Shown: positions 30,288 to 44,494, counted from the whole stretch's first letter. The stretch: DNA of 61,564 nt, filler included, from 6 parts of 6 records of this genome joined end to end with filler, not necessarily neighbours in it; one strand, 5' to 3'. Notes: generated by a model not told the origin, from the sequence alone. A program made the numbers and translations.

Positions 30288-31316
30288 ATGTCTTATAATA
30301 TTGCTATAGTTGGGGCAACAGGTGCCGTCGGAAGAGAAATGCTTCAAACATTATCGGAACGAAAGTTTCCTGTTGGTAACGTTTATGCACTTGCATCAAA
30401 ATCTTCTATAGGTAGAGAGGTATCTTTTGGAGAGGATAAAGTTTTAAAAGTTAGCTCTGTTGATAATTTTGATTTTCAAAATGCAGATATTGCCCTTTTT
30501 TCAGCGGGATCAGAAACAGCAAAGAAGTTTGCTCCAATTGCTGGAAAAAAAGGTTGTATTGTTATAGACAACTCCTCATTTTTTAGAATGGATGAAGATG
30601 TTCCTTTAATTGTTCCTGAGGTAAATCCTGATGCAGTTAATAGCTTTAGTAAAAAAAATATAATTGCTAATCCTAATTGCTCAACTATTCAGTTGGTAGT
30701 CGCATTAAAGCCACTTCATGATAACTTTGAAATAACAAGAGTTGTTGTCTCAACATATCAAGCTGTTTCTGGCGCAGGTAAACCTGCAATGGATGAATTA
30801 TTTAATCAAACAAAAGGTGTTTTTGTTCATGATCAAGCTACCCCAGAACAGTTTACAAAAAAAATTGCTTTCAATGTAATTCCTCATATTGATGTCTTTA
30901 TGGACGATGGCTTTACCAAAGAAGAATGGAAAATGAGGGCTGAAACGAAAAAAATACTTGATCCAAATATTGAATTAGTCGCTCATTGTGTAAGGGTTCC
31001 AGTTTTTATAGGTCATAGTGAAGCAGTGTTTTTTGAATGTAAAAAGAAGATTGAAGAAAAACAGGTTAGAAGTCTTCTAAGAGATGCCAATGGAGTTACT
31101 GTTATCGATCATAGAGCAGATGAGGGATATGTGACACCAGACGAGGTTGCTGGGGAAGATGATGTCTTTATAAGCAGGATTAGAAAAGACCCCACGGTAA
31201 AAAATGGCATGGTTTTTTGGTGTGTTGGGGATAATCTTCGTAAAGGTGCCGCCTTAAACACTGTCCAAATTGCTGAGCTTATTGCTAGTAAAAATCTTAA
31301 AGGAAGTAAGCTTTAA
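30288..31316 (+). CDS. asd: aspartate-semialdehyde dehydrogenase
   Basis: VGATGAVG, NPNCST, DNLRKGAALN. Confidence 0.97.
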   Translation: MSYNIAIVGATGAVGREMLQTLSERKFPVGNVYALASKSSIGREVSFGEDKVLKVSSVDNFDFQNADIALFSAGSETAKKFAPIAGKKGCIVIDNSSFFRMDEDVPLIVPEVNPDAVNSFSKKNIIANPNCSTIQLVVALKPLHDNFEITRVVVSTYQAVSGAGKPAMDELFNQTKGVFVHDQATPEQFTKKIAFNVIPHIDVFMDDGFTKEEWKMRAETKKILDPNIELVAHCVRVPVFIGHSEAVFFECKKKIEEKQVRSLLRDANGVTVIDHRADEGYVTPDEVAGEDDVFISRIRKDPTVKNGMVFWCVGDNLRKGAALNTVQIAELIASKNLKGSKL

Positions 31317-31350
31317 TGTTTTATATTCTATATTCTTCATTTAGTAATTA

Positions 31351-32265
31351 ATGGAATTTATTTGGATTTTATCAGCAATTTTTGCTGCAGCATGTCAAAC
31401 AGCCAGGTCTGCTTTTCAAAAAAATATGATATCAAGACTGGGAGACTATGGCGCTGCTTATATAAGGTTCTGTTATGCTTTACCTTTTACATCACTTATT
31501 TGGTTAGTTTGGATTAATATACCTGGCAACTCAATCCCTATTTTATCTACTTATTCTATCTTACTATGTTTTTTAGGTTCAATTTTTCAGGTATTATTTA
31601 CCTATGTTTTAATGAAGGTTTTCTCTCATAAGAGCTTTGCCGCCGGAATAGCTTTTTCTAAGACAGAAGTAATATTAATAGCTTTTCTTGAAACAATAAT
31701 ATTAAGTGTGAACTTTTCTTTGCCAATAACTATGGGAATTGTTCTTGGAGTAATATCTGTTTTATTATTATCATATGCTAAGAAGGCAGAAAGTTTATTT
31801 GAAGCTATTACCCTTTTACTTAAATCAATCACTTCACTTGGTACCTTGATAGGTCTTTTATCTGGCCTTCTTCTAGCTGCATCTGTTGTAGCGTTTAGAA
31901 TGTCTATAATATCTGTTGAGGCCCCTCTCTTAGATAAATCATTACTAATATCTGTAATAGCCATTATTTTTCAAACCGTAATTGTAGGATTATACTTATT
32001 CCGTTTCCAAAAAAATCAGTTTTTAGCAGTGTTTAAGTATTGGAAACCAAGTTTGCCTGCGGGTATATGTGGAACAGGCGCTACTTTTGGATGGTTTGTT
32101 GCTTTTGGCCTTGCTACCGCTGCGGAGGTAAGGGCTGTTGGTCAAACCGAGTTAATATTCTCAATTTTAATATCAATGATAATATTTAAAGAAAAAATTA
32201 AAAAAACAGAATTAATTGGCATCATTCTTCTAGCAATTTCTATTTTGATTATTATTTACCAATAA
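31351..32265 (+). CDS. DMT/EamA-family transporter
   Basis: About 10 TM segments; two-domain EamA pattern, IFKEKI. Confidence 0.8.
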   Translation: MEFIWILSAIFAAACQTARSAFQKNMISRLGDYGAAYIRFCYALPFTSLIWLVWINIPGNSIPILSTYSILLCFLGSIFQVLFTYVLMKVFSHKSFAAGIAFSKTEVILIAFLETIILSVNFSLPITMGIVLGVISVLLLSYAKKAESLFEAITLLLKSITSLGTLIGLLSGLLLAASVVAFRMSIISVEAPLLDKSLLISVIAIIFQTVIVGLYLFRFQKNQFLAVFKYWKPSLPAGICGTGATFGWFVAFGLATAAEVRAVGQTELIFSILISMIIFKEKIKKTELIGIILLAISILIIIYQ

Positions 32266-32354
32266 TAAATTAATTTTATAATTTATAATTGAAATTTTAA
32301 GCCAATTAGTTCATTTATAATTCAAATATGTATAATTTAAAGAATGGGACTAAT

Positions 32355-32735
32355 ATGAGTAGACAAAGACCGCTATCTCCACATCTTCAAATTTATAAAC
32401 CTCAGTTAACTTCTTTACTTTCAATACTTCATAGAGCTACAGGAGTTGCTTTGTCTATTGGAAGTGTAATTTTAGTATCCTGGGTTGTGGCTTTATCTTT
32501 AGGTGAAACTGCTTACTCATCATACTCAATGATTATAAATAGCTGGTTTGGAAAACTTGTTCTTTTTGGATTTACTTTTGGTCTTTTTTATCATCTTTCT
32601 AATGGTATTAGGCATCTATTTTGGGATGCAGGATATGGTTATGATTTAAAGGTTGCTTACACTTCAGGTACATTAGTAATTATTTCTTCTTTAACTTTAA
32701 CCATTGTAACATGGTTTATAGTTTTGTTTGTATGA
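32355..32735 (+). CDS. sdhC: succinate dehydrogenase cytochrome b556 subunit
   Basis: RPLSPHLQIY, SILHRATG, GIRHLFWD. Confidence 0.95.
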   Translation: MSRQRPLSPHLQIYKPQLTSLLSILHRATGVALSIGSVILVSWVVALSLGETAYSSYSMIINSWFGKLVLFGFTFGLFYHLSNGIRHLFWDAGYGYDLKVAYTSGTLVIISSLTLTIVTWFIVLFV

Positions 32736-32788
32736 GATTAAATTTATGAATAAAAATTGGTATGTTATTATTTTAAAGGGCTTAAGTT

Positions 32789-33133
32789 ATGAACTCTGTT
32801 AAATCCCCCGCTTTAGGACATTGGAAATTACAAAGAATATCAGCTCTAGCTATGATACCCCTTGTCATGTGGTTCATACCATCTTTACTTTTTTCTTTGT
32901 TAGGCAATTATGCTGATGCATTGGTTTGGTTCCAAAGCCCTTTCAATACGACTGGATTGTTTTTACTTTTCATAACTTTATTTTTTCATGCTTCTTTAGG
33001 TCTGCAAGTGGTAATTGAAGACTATGTTCATAACGAGGGGTTGAAAATCGCATCCATAATACTTATAAAATTATTATCTATCCTTTTGGGTGTGCTATCT
33101 CTATTGTGTGTCCTTAAAATTTACTTGTCTTAG
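32789..33133 (+). CDS. sdhD: succinate dehydrogenase membrane anchor
   Basis: [22 protein letters not shown]. Confidence 0.95.
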   Translation: MNSVKSPALGHWKLQRISALAMIPLVMWFIPSLLFSLLGNYADALVWFQSPFNTTGLFLLFITLFFHASLGLQVVIEDYVHNEGLKIASIILIKLLSILLGVLSLLCVLKIYLS

Positions 33134-33146
33134 AGAAAGAAAATTA

Positions 33147-34937
33147 ATGTCTGAATACGAAATTATTGATCATGAACACGATGTTGTTGTTGTTGGAGCT
33201 GGTGGAGCTGGCTTAAGAGCAACTCTTGGCATGGTTTCAGGCGGCCTTAAAACCGCTTGTATTACAAAAGTTTTTCCAACTAGAAGCCATACGGTTGCAG
33301 CCCAAGGTGGAATAGGTGCTGCATTAAATAACATGGGTGAAAATGATAGTTGGCAATTTCACATGTATGATACTATTAAAGGATCTGATTGGTTAGGTGA
33401 TCAAGACGCAATTGAGTATATGTGCAAGGAAGCAATTCCGTCAGTAACAGAATTAGAAAATTTTGGTGTTCCGTTTTCAAGAACAGACGATGGCGAAGTA
33501 TATCAGCGTCCTTTTGGAGGTCACACCCTCGACTATGGAAAAAAAATGGCTAGAAGAGCATGTGCCGCAGCAGACAGAACTGGTCACGCAATTTTACATA
33601 CTCTTTATCAACAATGTTTAAAGCATCAAGCAGAGTTCTTCGTGGAGTATATTGCTCTAGATTTATTAATGGACGATAATGGATCATGTGTTGGAGTGCT
33701 TGCCTTATGTATGGAAGATGGAAAAATTCATAGATTCAGAGGTCACCAAACTGTTTTAGCTACTGGCGGATATGGAAGAGTTTACTTTTCTTGTACTTCT
33801 GCTCATACTTGTACTGGTGATGGAAATGCTATGGTGTTAAGAGCTGGGTTACCTCTACAAGATATGGAGTTTGTCCAATTTCACCCAACTGGCGTATACG
33901 GTGCTGGGGTTCTAATTACCGAAGGTTCAAGAGGAGAAGGCGGTTATTTAACAAACTCTGAAGGTGAGAGATTTATGGAGAGATATGCCCCTACCGCTAA
34001 AGATTTAGCAAGTAGGGATGTTGTGTCCAGATCAATGACTATTGAGATCAATGAAGGAAGGGGTGTAGGACCCAATAAAGATCATATATTTATGCATCTA
34101 GAGCACATTGATCCTGCTACCTTACATATGAGATTGCCTGGCATTAGTGAGACTGCAAAAATATTTTGTGGTGTTGATGTAACAAAAGAACCAATCCCAG
34201 TTTTACCAACAGTTCACTATAACATGGGAGGTATCCCTACCAATTACCATGGGGAGGTTGTTACTCGAAAGGGTAACGATCAAAATGCAGTTGTATCAGG
34301 CTTAATGGCAATAGGTGAAGCGGCGTGTGTTTCTGTACACGGCGCAAACAGGTTAGGTACTAACTCATTATTAGATATAGTTGTTTTTGGAAGAGCCGCT
34401 GCACAAAGAGCGTTGAAAACGGTTCAAAAGGGAAGTTCTCATGCACCTTTATCCAAGAGTGTAACTGATAAAATTTTAGCTAGATTAGATAAAATGAGAC
34501 ATGCTAATGGAGACGTTTCTGTCGGTGAAATTAGAAATTCTATGCAAAATGCGATGCAGAAGCACGCTGCAGTTTTCAGGTCTAATTCTTCAATGAGTGA
34601 GGGTGTTAAAAAAGTTGATACTATTGCAAGCAGTCTCGATGGAGTTGGCATAAAGGATAGATCAATGATTTTTAATACTGACTTAGTTGAGGCGTTAGAA
34701 TTAGAAAATTTGATGCAACAAGCTATAGTAACTATCAAATCAGCTGAACAAAGAAAAGAATCTAGGGGAGCACATTCTCATGAAGATTTTCCGGAAAGAG
34801 ATGATAAGGAATGGATGAAGCATACCATAATGTGGTTAAACAACAAGATGCAAACTAAAGTTGACTACAGAGATGTTCATCTTAATACATTAACAAATGA
34901 GGTGGCGTCTGTTCCGCCTGCTGCAAGAGTATATTAG
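33147..34937 (+). CDS. sdhA: succinate dehydrogenase flavoprotein
   Basis: [29 protein letters not shown]. Confidence 0.97.
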   Translation: MSEYEIIDHEHDVVVVGAGGAGLRATLGMVSGGLKTACITKVFPTRSHTVAAQGGIGAALNNMGENDSWQFHMYDTIKGSDWLGDQDAIEYMCKEAIPSVTELENFGVPFSRTDDGEVYQRPFGGHTLDYGKKMARRACAAADRTGHAILHTLYQQCLKHQAEFFVEYIALDLLMDDNGSCVGVLALCMEDGKIHRFRGHQTVLATGGYGRVYFSCTSAHTCTGDGNAMVLRAGLPLQDMEFVQFHPTGVYGAGVLITEGSRGEGGYLTNSEGERFMERYAPTAKDLASRDVVSRSMTIEINEGRGVGPNKDHIFMHLEHIDPATLHMRLPGISETAKIFCGVDVTKEPIPVLPTVHYNMGGIPTNYHGEVVTRKGNDQNAVVSGLMAIGEAACVSVHGANRLGTNSLLDIVVFGRAAAQRALKTVQKGSSHAPLSKSVTDKILARLDKMRHANGDVSVGEIRNSMQNAMQKHAAVFRSNSSMSEGVKKVDTIASSLDGVGIKDRSMIFNTDLVEALELENLMQQAIVTIKSAEQRKESRGAHSHEDFPERDDKEWMKHTIMWLNNKMQTKVDYRDVHLNTLTNEVASVPPAARVY

Positions 34938-34954
34938 TTTAAAAGGAGATATTT

Positions 34955-35734
34955 GTGGCTGAATTTGCCCTTCCAAAACATTCTAAAGTAGTCAAGGGTA
35001 TTGATTATCCTCTAGATACTGATTCTACAAATACTAGAAAAGTAAATGTCTACAGATGGTCTCCTGATGATGATGAAAACCCAAGATTAGATAGTTATAC
35101 AATAGATTTAGATAAATGTGGCCCAATGGTGCTGGACGCCTTGATTAAAATCAAGCAAGAAATTGACTCGAGTTTAACTTTTAGACGTTCATGTAGAGAA
35201 GGCATTTGTGGATCCTGCTCTATGAATATTGATGGAACAAATACCTTAGCATGTTTAAAATCTATTGAAGATATTGAAGGTGAAATAAATATATATCCCC
35301 TTCCTCATATGGAAGTGGTTAAAGATTTGGTTCCTGATCTCTCAAAAGCCTATGAGCAACTAACATCTATTAAACCATGGTTACAGAGCAACTCTAATCC
35401 TGAGGAAGGTAAATCAAGAAAACAAACTCCAAATCAAAGAGAGAAAATAGATGGTTTGTGGGAATGTGTGTTATGTTTCTCTTGTTCAACTTCGTGCCCA
35501 TCATATTGGTGGAATGGAGATAAATATTTAGGGCCAGCTGTTTTGCTTCAGGCTTATAGATGGATAGCTGACAGTAGAGATGAAAATACAAATGAACGGT
35601 TAGATGATCTAGAAGATTCATTTAAATTATACCGATGCCATACCATAATGAATTGTACGAAAACGTGCCCTAAAGGCTTAAATCCAGCAAAAGCAATTGG
35701 AGAGATAAAGAAATTACAACTTGAACGAAAATAA
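34955..35734 (+). CDS. sdhB: succinate dehydrogenase Fe-S subunit
   Basis: [34 protein letters not shown]. Confidence 0.97.
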   Translation: MAEFALPKHSKVVKGIDYPLDTDSTNTRKVNVYRWSPDDDENPRLDSYTIDLDKCGPMVLDALIKIKQEIDSSLTFRRSCREGICGSCSMNIDGTNTLACLKSIEDIEGEINIYPLPHMEVVKDLVPDLSKAYEQLTSIKPWLQSNSNPEEGKSRKQTPNQREKIDGLWECVLCFSCSTSCPSYWWNGDKYLGPAVLLQAYRWIADSRDENTNERLDDLEDSFKLYRCHTIMNCTKTCPKGLNPAKAIGEIKKLQLERK

Positions 35735-35749
35735 TTTTTAAACTCTTAC

Positions 35750-36832
35750 ATGACAGGCACCTTAAAAAATTATCAAAATAAAAGCCTTGAACTAATTGCA
35801 GAGAGTAAATCAATAGTTTTTGACGATGGTCAAATCTATGTTTCTAGATTTTTTGACACTCTACTTAGTAAGACTAACAATTCTAGAAGAAATAATATAT
35901 TTACTAAGATATTTGCTAATAAAAACGTTAAAAAAGTTAAAGGCATATATCTTCATGGCGGTGTAGGAAGGGGCAAATCCATGATAATGGATTTATTCTT
36001 TCAAAACCTTGATATAAAAAATAAAAGAAGACTTCATTTTCATGATTTTATGAAGGAGGTCCATCAAAGAATTTTAGAGAAAAGTAAAGTTGAAAAAGAT
36101 AAAGATAGTGTTGTTTTAGTTGGGCAAGATTTAGCTAAATCCGCAAAGCTTCTATGTTTTGATGAAATGGAAGTAAAAGATATTGCTGATGCAATGATTT
36201 TATCAAGATTATTTGACGTTATGTTTAATGAAGGAACCATCCTTGTTACTACGTCCAATCAACCACCAGACGGTCTCTATAAAAATGGATTACATAGAGA
36301 TAGAATTTTACCATTTATAGAAAATCTAAAAGTGAATACAGATATTATAGAAATTCCAGATGGAAATGATTGGAGGAACAGGTCACTTAGTGGAAATAGA
36401 ATGTGGTTGTCTCCAATTAGCAAAACTAATTATGAAAAAATTGATAAAATTTTTGAAACATTGAGTATAGGTTTTGAAATAAGAGCAGAATCAATAGATA
36501 TTGCTGGAAGAAAAATATTTATTCCCAAAGTGGCTGCGAGTATTGCTAGAATTGATTTTAATGATTTGTGTAATAAGCCTTTAGCAGCTTCAGATTATAT
36601 TGAAATAGCACTAAGGTACAAAGGTATAATATTAGATAATATACCTACTTTAAACGATGAAATGAGGAATGAAACGCGACGATTTATTTGGTTAATTGAC
36701 GCTTTATACGACAAAAATTGTTTTTTAATAGCTAGTTCTCAAACAAATTTTGCAACCCTTTATAATGGTCAAGAATGGGAGTTCGAATTTCAAAGAACAG
36801 TTTCTAGAATTACAGAAATGACCCAATTATAA
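35750..36832 (+). CDS. zapE: AFG1-family ATPase ZapE
   Basis: GGVGRGKS, HFHDFM, CFDE, TSN, FQRTVSRITEM. Confidence 0.92.
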   Translation: MTGTLKNYQNKSLELIAESKSIVFDDGQIYVSRFFDTLLSKTNNSRRNNIFTKIFANKNVKKVKGIYLHGGVGRGKSMIMDLFFQNLDIKNKRRLHFHDFMKEVHQRILEKSKVEKDKDSVVLVGQDLAKSAKLLCFDEMEVKDIADAMILSRLFDVMFNEGTILVTTSNQPPDGLYKNGLHRDRILPFIENLKVNTDIIEIPDGNDWRNRSLSGNRMWLSPISKTNYEKIDKIFETLSIGFEIRAESIDIAGRKIFIPKVAASIARIDFNDLCNKPLAASDYIEIALRYKGIILDNIPTLNDEMRNETRRFIWLIDALYDKNCFLIASSQTNFATLYNGQEWEFEFQRTVSRITEMTQL

Positions 36833-36981
36833 GACAATTCTATAGAATAAAATTATATAATTATTCTTACCTTGATAGCAAAGAAAAAAAAGTCTAAAAG
36901 ATTACATTTAATTGGTTTTAAAGTTAGATTTTTTTATAATAACTAGCATCGTTATCTACAAAAAATATAAAATTAATATAG

Positions 36982-37944
<963 letters not shown>

Positions 37945-37965
37945 TTTTGAGGGAAGGTTGTAGTC

Positions 37966-39135
37966 TTGGATATACACGAACATCAAGCAAAACAGTTATT
38001 AAAACAGTATGATATACCTACTCCAACTGGAAAGCCCGCTTTCTCTGTTGACGAAGCGTTGCAGGTAGCAAAAGATTTGCCTGGTCCAGTATATGTGGTA
38101 AAGGCTCAAATTCACGCTGGTGGTCGAGGTAAAGCAGGTGGCGTTAAGGTAGTTAAAGATCTTAATGCATTAAAATCGGCAGCTGATGAAATTCTAGGTA
38201 AAAAATTAGTTACACATCAAACTGGACCCCAAGGGAAACTAGTTCAAAGACTTTATATTGAAGATGGATGTGAAATAAGTTCAGAATTTTATTTTTCAAT
38301 GGTTGTAGATAGAGCTTCTAGTAGAGTTTCTGTTATTGCGTCGACAGAAGGTGGAATGGATATTGAAAAAGTAGCCGAAGAAACACCAGAAAAAATATTA
38401 TCTTTTAATATAGACCCAACTATTGGTTTCCAACCGTTTCATTCTAGATTAATAGCAAATAGTCTTCAATTAGAAGGACAAAGTTTTAAGCAGGCAGGGC
38501 AGTTTTTTAGTCAATTATATAAACTTTTTACGGAAAAAAACGCAAGTTTATTAGAGATAAATCCATTGGTACTAACGGCAAATAATAACTTAATTGCTTT
38601 AGATGCTAAAATGTCTTTTGATAATAATGCTTTGTATAGGCATCCTGAAATTTTGAGCTTAAGAGATGAGACAGAAGAAGATCCTGCCGAAATAATTGCC
38701 AGTAAATTTGACCTCGCCTATATCAAATTGGATGGAACTATTGGATGTTTAGTCAATGGAGCTGGATTAGCTATGGCGACAATGGATATTATAAAGTTAA
38801 AAGGCTCATCGCCGGCCAATTTTCTAGACGTTGGAGGTAGTGCTACTAAAGAAAAAGTTACAGAAGCGTTTAAAATAATTCTATCTGACAAGGCTGTAGA
38901 AGGTATTCTTGTCAATATTTTTGGTGGTATTATGAGATGTGACATTATTGCTGCTGGTGTTGTTGCTGCTGCTAAAGCCCTTTCTTTATCTAAGCCACTT
39001 GTTGTAAGGTTGGCTGGAACCAATGTAGAGGAAGGTAAAAAAATTCTTAATGATTCTGGCTTAAAAATAACTCCTGCTGATGATTTAGATGATGCTGCTG
39101 TTAAAATTGTAAGTGCTGTTAAGGAGAGTGCTTAA
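37966..39135 (+). CDS. sucC: succinyl-CoA ligase beta subunit (TTG start)
   Basis: [32 protein letters not shown]. Confidence 0.97.
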   Translation: MDIHEHQAKQLLKQYDIPTPTGKPAFSVDEALQVAKDLPGPVYVVKAQIHAGGRGKAGGVKVVKDLNALKSAADEILGKKLVTHQTGPQGKLVQRLYIEDGCEISSEFYFSMVVDRASSRVSVIASTEGGMDIEKVAEETPEKILSFNIDPTIGFQPFHSRLIANSLQLEGQSFKQAGQFFSQLYKLFTEKNASLLEINPLVLTANNNLIALDAKMSFDNNALYRHPEILSLRDETEEDPAEIIASKFDLAYIKLDGTIGCLVNGAGLAMATMDIIKLKGSSPANFLDVGGSATKEKVTEAFKIILSDKAVEGILVNIFGGIMRCDIIAAGVVAAAKALSLSKPLVVRLAGTNVEEGKKILNDSGLKITPADDLDDAAVKIVSAVKESA

Positions 39136-40017
39136 ATGTCTGTTTTAATTAATAAAGATACTAGAGTAATTTGTCAGGGTTTTACAGGTGGTCAGGGTAC
39201 CTTTCACTCAGAACAGGCAATTGCTTACGGCACAAAAATGGTTGGTGGTGTAACACCTGGAAAAGGAGGAACGACGCATCTTGATCTTCCAGTTTTTAAC
39301 ACCGTACAAGAGTGTGTTAAGGAGGTTCAACCAGACGCATCTGTTATTTATGTTCCTCCCCCATTTGCAGCAGACTCAATTATAGAGGCAATATCTTCAG
39401 AGATTTCTTTGATTATTTGTATAACTGAAGGTATTCCCGTTCAAGACATGATAAAGGTTAAGCAGTACCTTAAACAATCAAATTCCAGATTGATTGGACC
39501 TAATTGTCCTGGTGTAATAACCCCAGGTGAATGTAAAATTGGGATAATGCCTGGTCACATTCATACTCCTGGAAAAATTGGAATAGTATCTAGATCAGGT
39601 ACCCTAACATACGAAGCTGTCGCTCAAACTACTGCGGCAGGATTGGGACAGTCTACATGTATAGGAATTGGCGGTGACCCTATCAATGGAACTAATTTTA
39701 TTGATTGTTTAGAGATGTTTTTAAATGATGATCAAACAGAAGCAATTTTAATGATTGGTGAAATTGGTGGTAGTGCAGAAGAAGATGCAGCATCTTTTAT
39801 AGATAATCATAGAATAAAAAAACCAATTGCTGGATTTATTGCAGGAAAGACTGCTCCCCCAGGAAGAACAATGGGTCATGCTGGTGCAATTGTAAGTGGT
39901 GGAAGAGGAGACGCTGCTTCAAAAGTAAAAAAAATGAGTGATTGTGGTTTTGTTATGTCTGAATCCCCCTCCGGTTTAGGTGAAGCTGTTGTAAAAGCCA
40001 TTAATGAATGGAAATAA
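39136..40017 (+). CDS. sucD: succinyl-CoA ligase alpha subunit
   Basis: QGFTG, GPNCPG, MGHAGA. Confidence 0.97.
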   Translation: MSVLINKDTRVICQGFTGGQGTFHSEQAIAYGTKMVGGVTPGKGGTTHLDLPVFNTVQECVKEVQPDASVIYVPPPFAADSIIEAISSEISLIICITEGIPVQDMIKVKQYLKQSNSRLIGPNCPGVITPGECKIGIMPGHIHTPGKIGIVSRSGTLTYEAVAQTTAAGLGQSTCIGIGGDPINGTNFIDCLEMFLNDDQTEAILMIGEIGGSAEEDAASFIDNHRIKKPIAGFIAGKTAPPGRTMGHAGAIVSGGRGDAASKVKKMSDCGFVMSESPSGLGEAVVKAINEWK

Positions 40018-40083
40018 CTTGATTTAATCTTTAAGTTTTTGTGAAATATATTTAAATTATTACTCTAAAAAGGACTAATAACA

Positions 40084-42782
40084 ATGGATGATCAAAACTC
40101 TGATCAAAGTTTTCTTTCTGGCACCAATGCAACCTTTATTAATGATTTACATAAAGAATGGAAATCAAACCCAAACTCAGTTCCAAAAGAGTGGGACATT
40201 TGGTTTAAGAGCAACGGTGATGATGTTGTCTTAGATAATGGCCCTAGTTGGGCTAGAAAAAATAGTCAGGTTATTGGAGCCATAGATACGGTTGAAAGTG
40301 TCAAGGCTGTTGCAAGGGGTATTGTCGGTAAAGGTGTAATATCAGCATCAGATTTGAGAGCTGCTACAACAGACTCTATTAGGGCCATTATGTTAATTAG
40401 AGCATATAGGATTAATGGACACCTCTTAGCTAACTTAGATCCCTTGAACCTTCAAAAGAGAGATGTTCACCCAGAACTTAACCCTAAAACATATGGGTTT
40501 AGTGATAACGACTGGGATAGGCCAATATTTATAGATAATGTTTTAGGTATGGAATCAGCAACCCTAAGACAAATAATGGAGATAGTTAAAGAAACATATT
40601 GTAGCTCAATAGGAATAGAGTTTATGCATGTCCAAGATCCAGCTCAAAAAGCTTGGATACAAGAGAGGATAGAATCTATTCGCAATACAACTCAATTTAC
40701 AAAAAGAGGTAAAAAAGCTATCTATGAAAGATTGGTCGGTGCTGAAACATTTGAGCAATTTCTCCACAAGAAATACGCCGGCACTAAAAGGTTTGGTTTA
40801 GATGGCTCAGAGTCTGTCGTTCCTGCAATTGAACAAATCTTAAAGCGTGGTAGTCAACTAGGAATGAAAGAAGTTGTCATTGCGATGGCGCATAGGGGTA
40901 GGCTTAACCTTTTATATAATATTTTAAATAAACCTTTTAGAGCTATTATTTCAGAATTTTTAGGCAATCAGTCAAACCCAGAAGAGGCTGGTGGATCAGG
41001 TGATGTTAAATACCATATGGGAGCATCTGCCGACAGAGAGTTTGATGGTAAGAATGTTCACTTGTCATTGCAGGCTAACCCTTCACATTTAGAGGTTGTG
41101 GCTCCTGTTGTAATTGGAAGGGTTAGAGCTAAGCAAAACCAGCATAATGATACTAGTGACAGATTATCAGTTCTTGGAATTGTTTTGCATGGTGATGCTG
41201 CTTTTGCCGGACAAGGTATTGTTGCAGAAACCTTTGATTTCTCTGGTCTTAGGGGTTATAGAACGGGTGGAACAATTCACATAGTCGTAAACAATCAGAT
41301 TGGATTTACGACTAGTCCTAACTATTCTCGTTCCAGCCCATATTGTACAGATGTTGCAAAAATGGTTATGGCGCCAATTATGCACATTAATGGAGATGAT
41401 CCTGAAGCCGTGGTTCATGCTTCTAGAATTGCTATCGAGTTTAGACAAAAATTTGCGTGTGACGTCGTCTTAGATGTTATTAGTTATAGAAGATATGGTC
41501 ATAACGAGGGTGACGAACCTGCTTTTACACAGCCAGTTATGTACAAAACTATTGGATCTCATGACAGTATTAGTAAAATATATGCCTCCAAACTTATAAA
41601 CGAAGGGATTTTATCTCAACAAGAAGCTAAAGATGAAGTAAATAATCATAATAAATTTCTTGAAACAGAGTTTCAGGCTGGGACAAATTATAAGCCTAAT
41701 AAGGCTGATTGGTTAGAGGGGCAGTGGTCAAGTTTGAGAGCTGCTCATGGAGATGATCGTAGAGGTGAAACATCTGTATCTACAGACAATCTAAAATTAA
41801 TTGGAAAAGCAATAACGACAATACCTGAAAAATTTGAACTAAATAAAAAACTTTTTCGAATTGTTGAGGCTAGGAAAAAGGCTATTGAGGCTGGAGAAGG
41901 TATAGATTGGTCAACTGCAGAGCATCTCGCGTTTGGATCATTATTATTAGAAGGCTACCCCGTTAGATTGTCAGGTCAAGATAGTTGTAGAGGTACTTTT
42001 TCTCAAAGACATTCTGTGTTTATTGATCAGGCCACCGAAGAAAGATATACACCTCTAAATAATATAAATGAAAGACAAGAAACTTTTGAGGTAATAGATT
42101 CACCTTTATCAGAAGCTTCTGTTTTGGGTTTTGAATATGGTTATTCTCTTACTGAACCAACTGCTCTAGTAATGTGGGAGGCACAATTTGGTGATTTTGC
42201 CAATGGTGCTCAGGTTATTGTAGATCAGTTTATTTCGAGTGGGGAGGCAAAATGGTTAAGAATGTCAGGGCTAGTCATGTTACTGCCTCATGGATATGAG
42301 GGCCAAGGCCCAGAGCACTCATCTGCAAGGCTAGAAAGATACTTGCAATTATGTGGTGAAGACAATATGCAAGTATTAAATTGCAGTACGCCAGCTAATT
42401 ACTTTCATGCTTTAAGAAGACAGCTCAAAAGAGATTTTAGAAAACCTTTAATTATCATGACTCCTAAAAGTCTTCTCAGGCATAAAATGTGTACATCTAA
42501 ACTAGCTGAAATGTCAGAAAATACCGCCTTTAGAAGAGTAATAAGAGACCCTAATTCGAAAATTAAGGATAAAGAAATCGAAAGAGTTGTTATTTGTTCA
42601 GGTAAAGTTTTTTATGATTTACTTGAGGAAAGAGACAAACGTAAATTATACCACATTAAACTCTTAAGGCTTGAACAAATATACCCTTTTCCTGCTAACA
42701 CTCTTAAGAAAATTTTATCCGATACACCTAATGCAGAAATTGTCTGGTGCCAAGAAGAGCCTAAAAATATGGGTGCTTGGTT
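40084..42782 (+). CDS. sucA: 2-oxoglutarate dehydrogenase E1, 3' truncated
   Basis: GDVKYH, NPSHLE, HGDAAF, WEAQFGDF, QEEPKNMGAW. Confidence 0.97.
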
Positions 42783-42882
42783 NNNNNNNNNNNNNNNNNN
42801 NNNNNNNNNNNNNNNNNNNNNNNNNNTTAATTAATTAANNNNNNNNNNNNNNNNNNNNNNNNNNNNNNNNNNNNNNNNNNNN
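42783..42882. other. artificial contig linker
   Basis: N-run with TTAATTAATTAA. Confidence 0.98.
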
Positions 42883-42908
42883 CCTGCTATCTCTACAATT
42901 GCGTACAT
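42883..42908 (-). CDS. rplU: ribosomal protein L21, N-terminal fragment
   Basis: Minus strand encodes MYAIVEIAG, the typical Bacteroidota L21 start. Confidence 0.85.
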
Positions 42909-42956
42909 AGCTAATGTTTAATAGTTAATTAAGGCCTAAATAAGTTTAGGCGGGTG

Positions 42957-42987
42957 CAAATATACGATTTATCATTTGATATGCAAA
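42957..42987 (-). promoter_or_regulatory. Bacteroidota sigma-A promoter for rplU
   Basis: Minus strand TTTG-N19-TATATTTG matches the -33/-7 TAnnTTTG consensus. Confidence 0.7.
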
Positions 42988-43166
42988 TCCTTTTTTTAAA
43001 GAAAACAAGCTAAAGATCACCAACTTATTTAACTGATTATCGATAAAAATATACGGATTGTCTTAATTAGTTAGAGAGATTTGACTTTAAATACCATTTT
43101 GACCTATATTAGTGTAACATTTTTAGGTTTTAATATACCTACAATTAAATATAAATATAAAGAAGC

Positions 43167-44492
43167 ATGAAAAAGAATCATTTAGTTGGGCTATGCCTGG
43201 GATTGCTGGCCTTTACAGTACAAGGACAAGAGGTAGCGTATGAAGAGTACGACCTTGACAATGGCCTTCACGTTATTTTACATCAAGACAATGGTGCCCC
43301 TGTAGTAACCACATCTGTCATGTATCATGTAGGTGGTAAAGACAGAAGCGAGGGCCGTACTGGCTTTGCCCATTTTTTTGAACACCTATTGTTTGAGGGA
43401 ACTGAGAATATTAAAAGAGGAGAGTGGTTTGACATTGTCTCTTCCAAAGGAGGGAAAAATAATGCAAACACCTCTCAAGACAGGACCTATTATTACGAAG
43501 TGTTTCCTTCAAATAATTTAGAATTAGGGCTTTGGCTGGAGTCAGAAAGAATGCTTCATCCGGTCATTGACCAGGTGGGTGTAGACACTCAAAATGAAGT
43601 AGTCAAAGAGGAGAAACGCTTAAGGGTAGACAATTCACCTTATGGAAACTTACTCAATGTAGTGGGTGAGAACTTATTTAAAGTGCATCCTTACAAAGAT
43701 CCAAATATTGGATACATGGAAGATTTAGATGCCGCTACTTTAGAAGAATTTATTGACTACAAAAACACCTATTACGGACCTAATAATGCCGTTCTTGTTG
43801 TAGCTGGAGATATAGATATAGCCAAAACAAAAACTATGATTCAGGATTATTTTGGCCCTATTCCATCTGGAAAAGAAGTCGTAAGAAACTACCCTAAAGA
43901 GGCGCCAATCACCGAAGAGATTAAGGCCCAAGCTTTTGACAACAACATTCAAATTCCAGCTGCTGTGGTGGCTTATAGAACACCAGGTTTTGCCACAAGA
44001 GAGGCCTATGTTTTGGACATGATCTCATCTTATTTAAGCGACGGAAAAAGTTCTAAACTATACAAGAAAATGGTAGATGACAACAAACAAGCACTTCAAG
44101 TAGGCGCCTTTAATGTAGGCCAAGAAGACTACGGCATGTACCTTGTTTTTGGTTTGCCCCTTGGAGAGGTGAGCTTAGAGACCTTAGTGGGTGAGATGGA
44201 AGCAGAAATTTCTGCTGTAAGATCTGGTCTTATCTCAGAAAGTGATTACCAAAAGCTTCAAAATAAATTCGAAAACCAATTCGTAAACTCAAACTCAAGT
44301 GTAGAGGGTATTGCCAACTCTTTGGCAAGAAACTTCATGCTTTACGGAGACACCTCTTTAATCAACAAAGAAATAGATATTTACAGATCTGTTACCCGAG
44401 AAGAAATTCAACAAGTGGCAGAAGCTTATTTAAAGCCTAGCCAAAGAGTTGTGATTGATTACCTACCTACCCCTAAAGAAGAAACTAAATAG
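43167..44492 (+). CDS. M16 (insulinase-family) peptidase, catalytic subunit
   Basis: Signal peptide; HFFEH inverted zinc motif; VVKEE. Confidence 0.93.
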   Translation: MKKNHLVGLCLGLLAFTVQGQEVAYEEYDLDNGLHVILHQDNGAPVVTTSVMYHVGGKDRSEGRTGFAHFFEHLLFEGTENIKRGEWFDIVSSKGGKNNANTSQDRTYYYEVFPSNNLELGLWLESERMLHPVIDQVGVDTQNEVVKEEKRLRVDNSPYGNLLNVVGENLFKVHPYKDPNIGYMEDLDAATLEEFIDYKNTYYGPNNAVLVVAGDIDIAKTKTMIQDYFGPIPSGKEVVRNYPKEAPITEEIKAQAFDNNIQIPAAVVAYRTPGFATREAYVLDMISSYLSDGKSSKLYKKMVDDNKQALQVGAFNVGQEDYGMYLVFGLPLGEVSLETLVGEMEAEISAVRSGLISESDYQKLQNKFENQFVNSNSSVEGIANSLARNFMLYGDTSLINKEIDIYRSVTREEIQQVAEAYLKPSQRVVIDYLPTPKEETK

Positions 44493-44494
44493 TT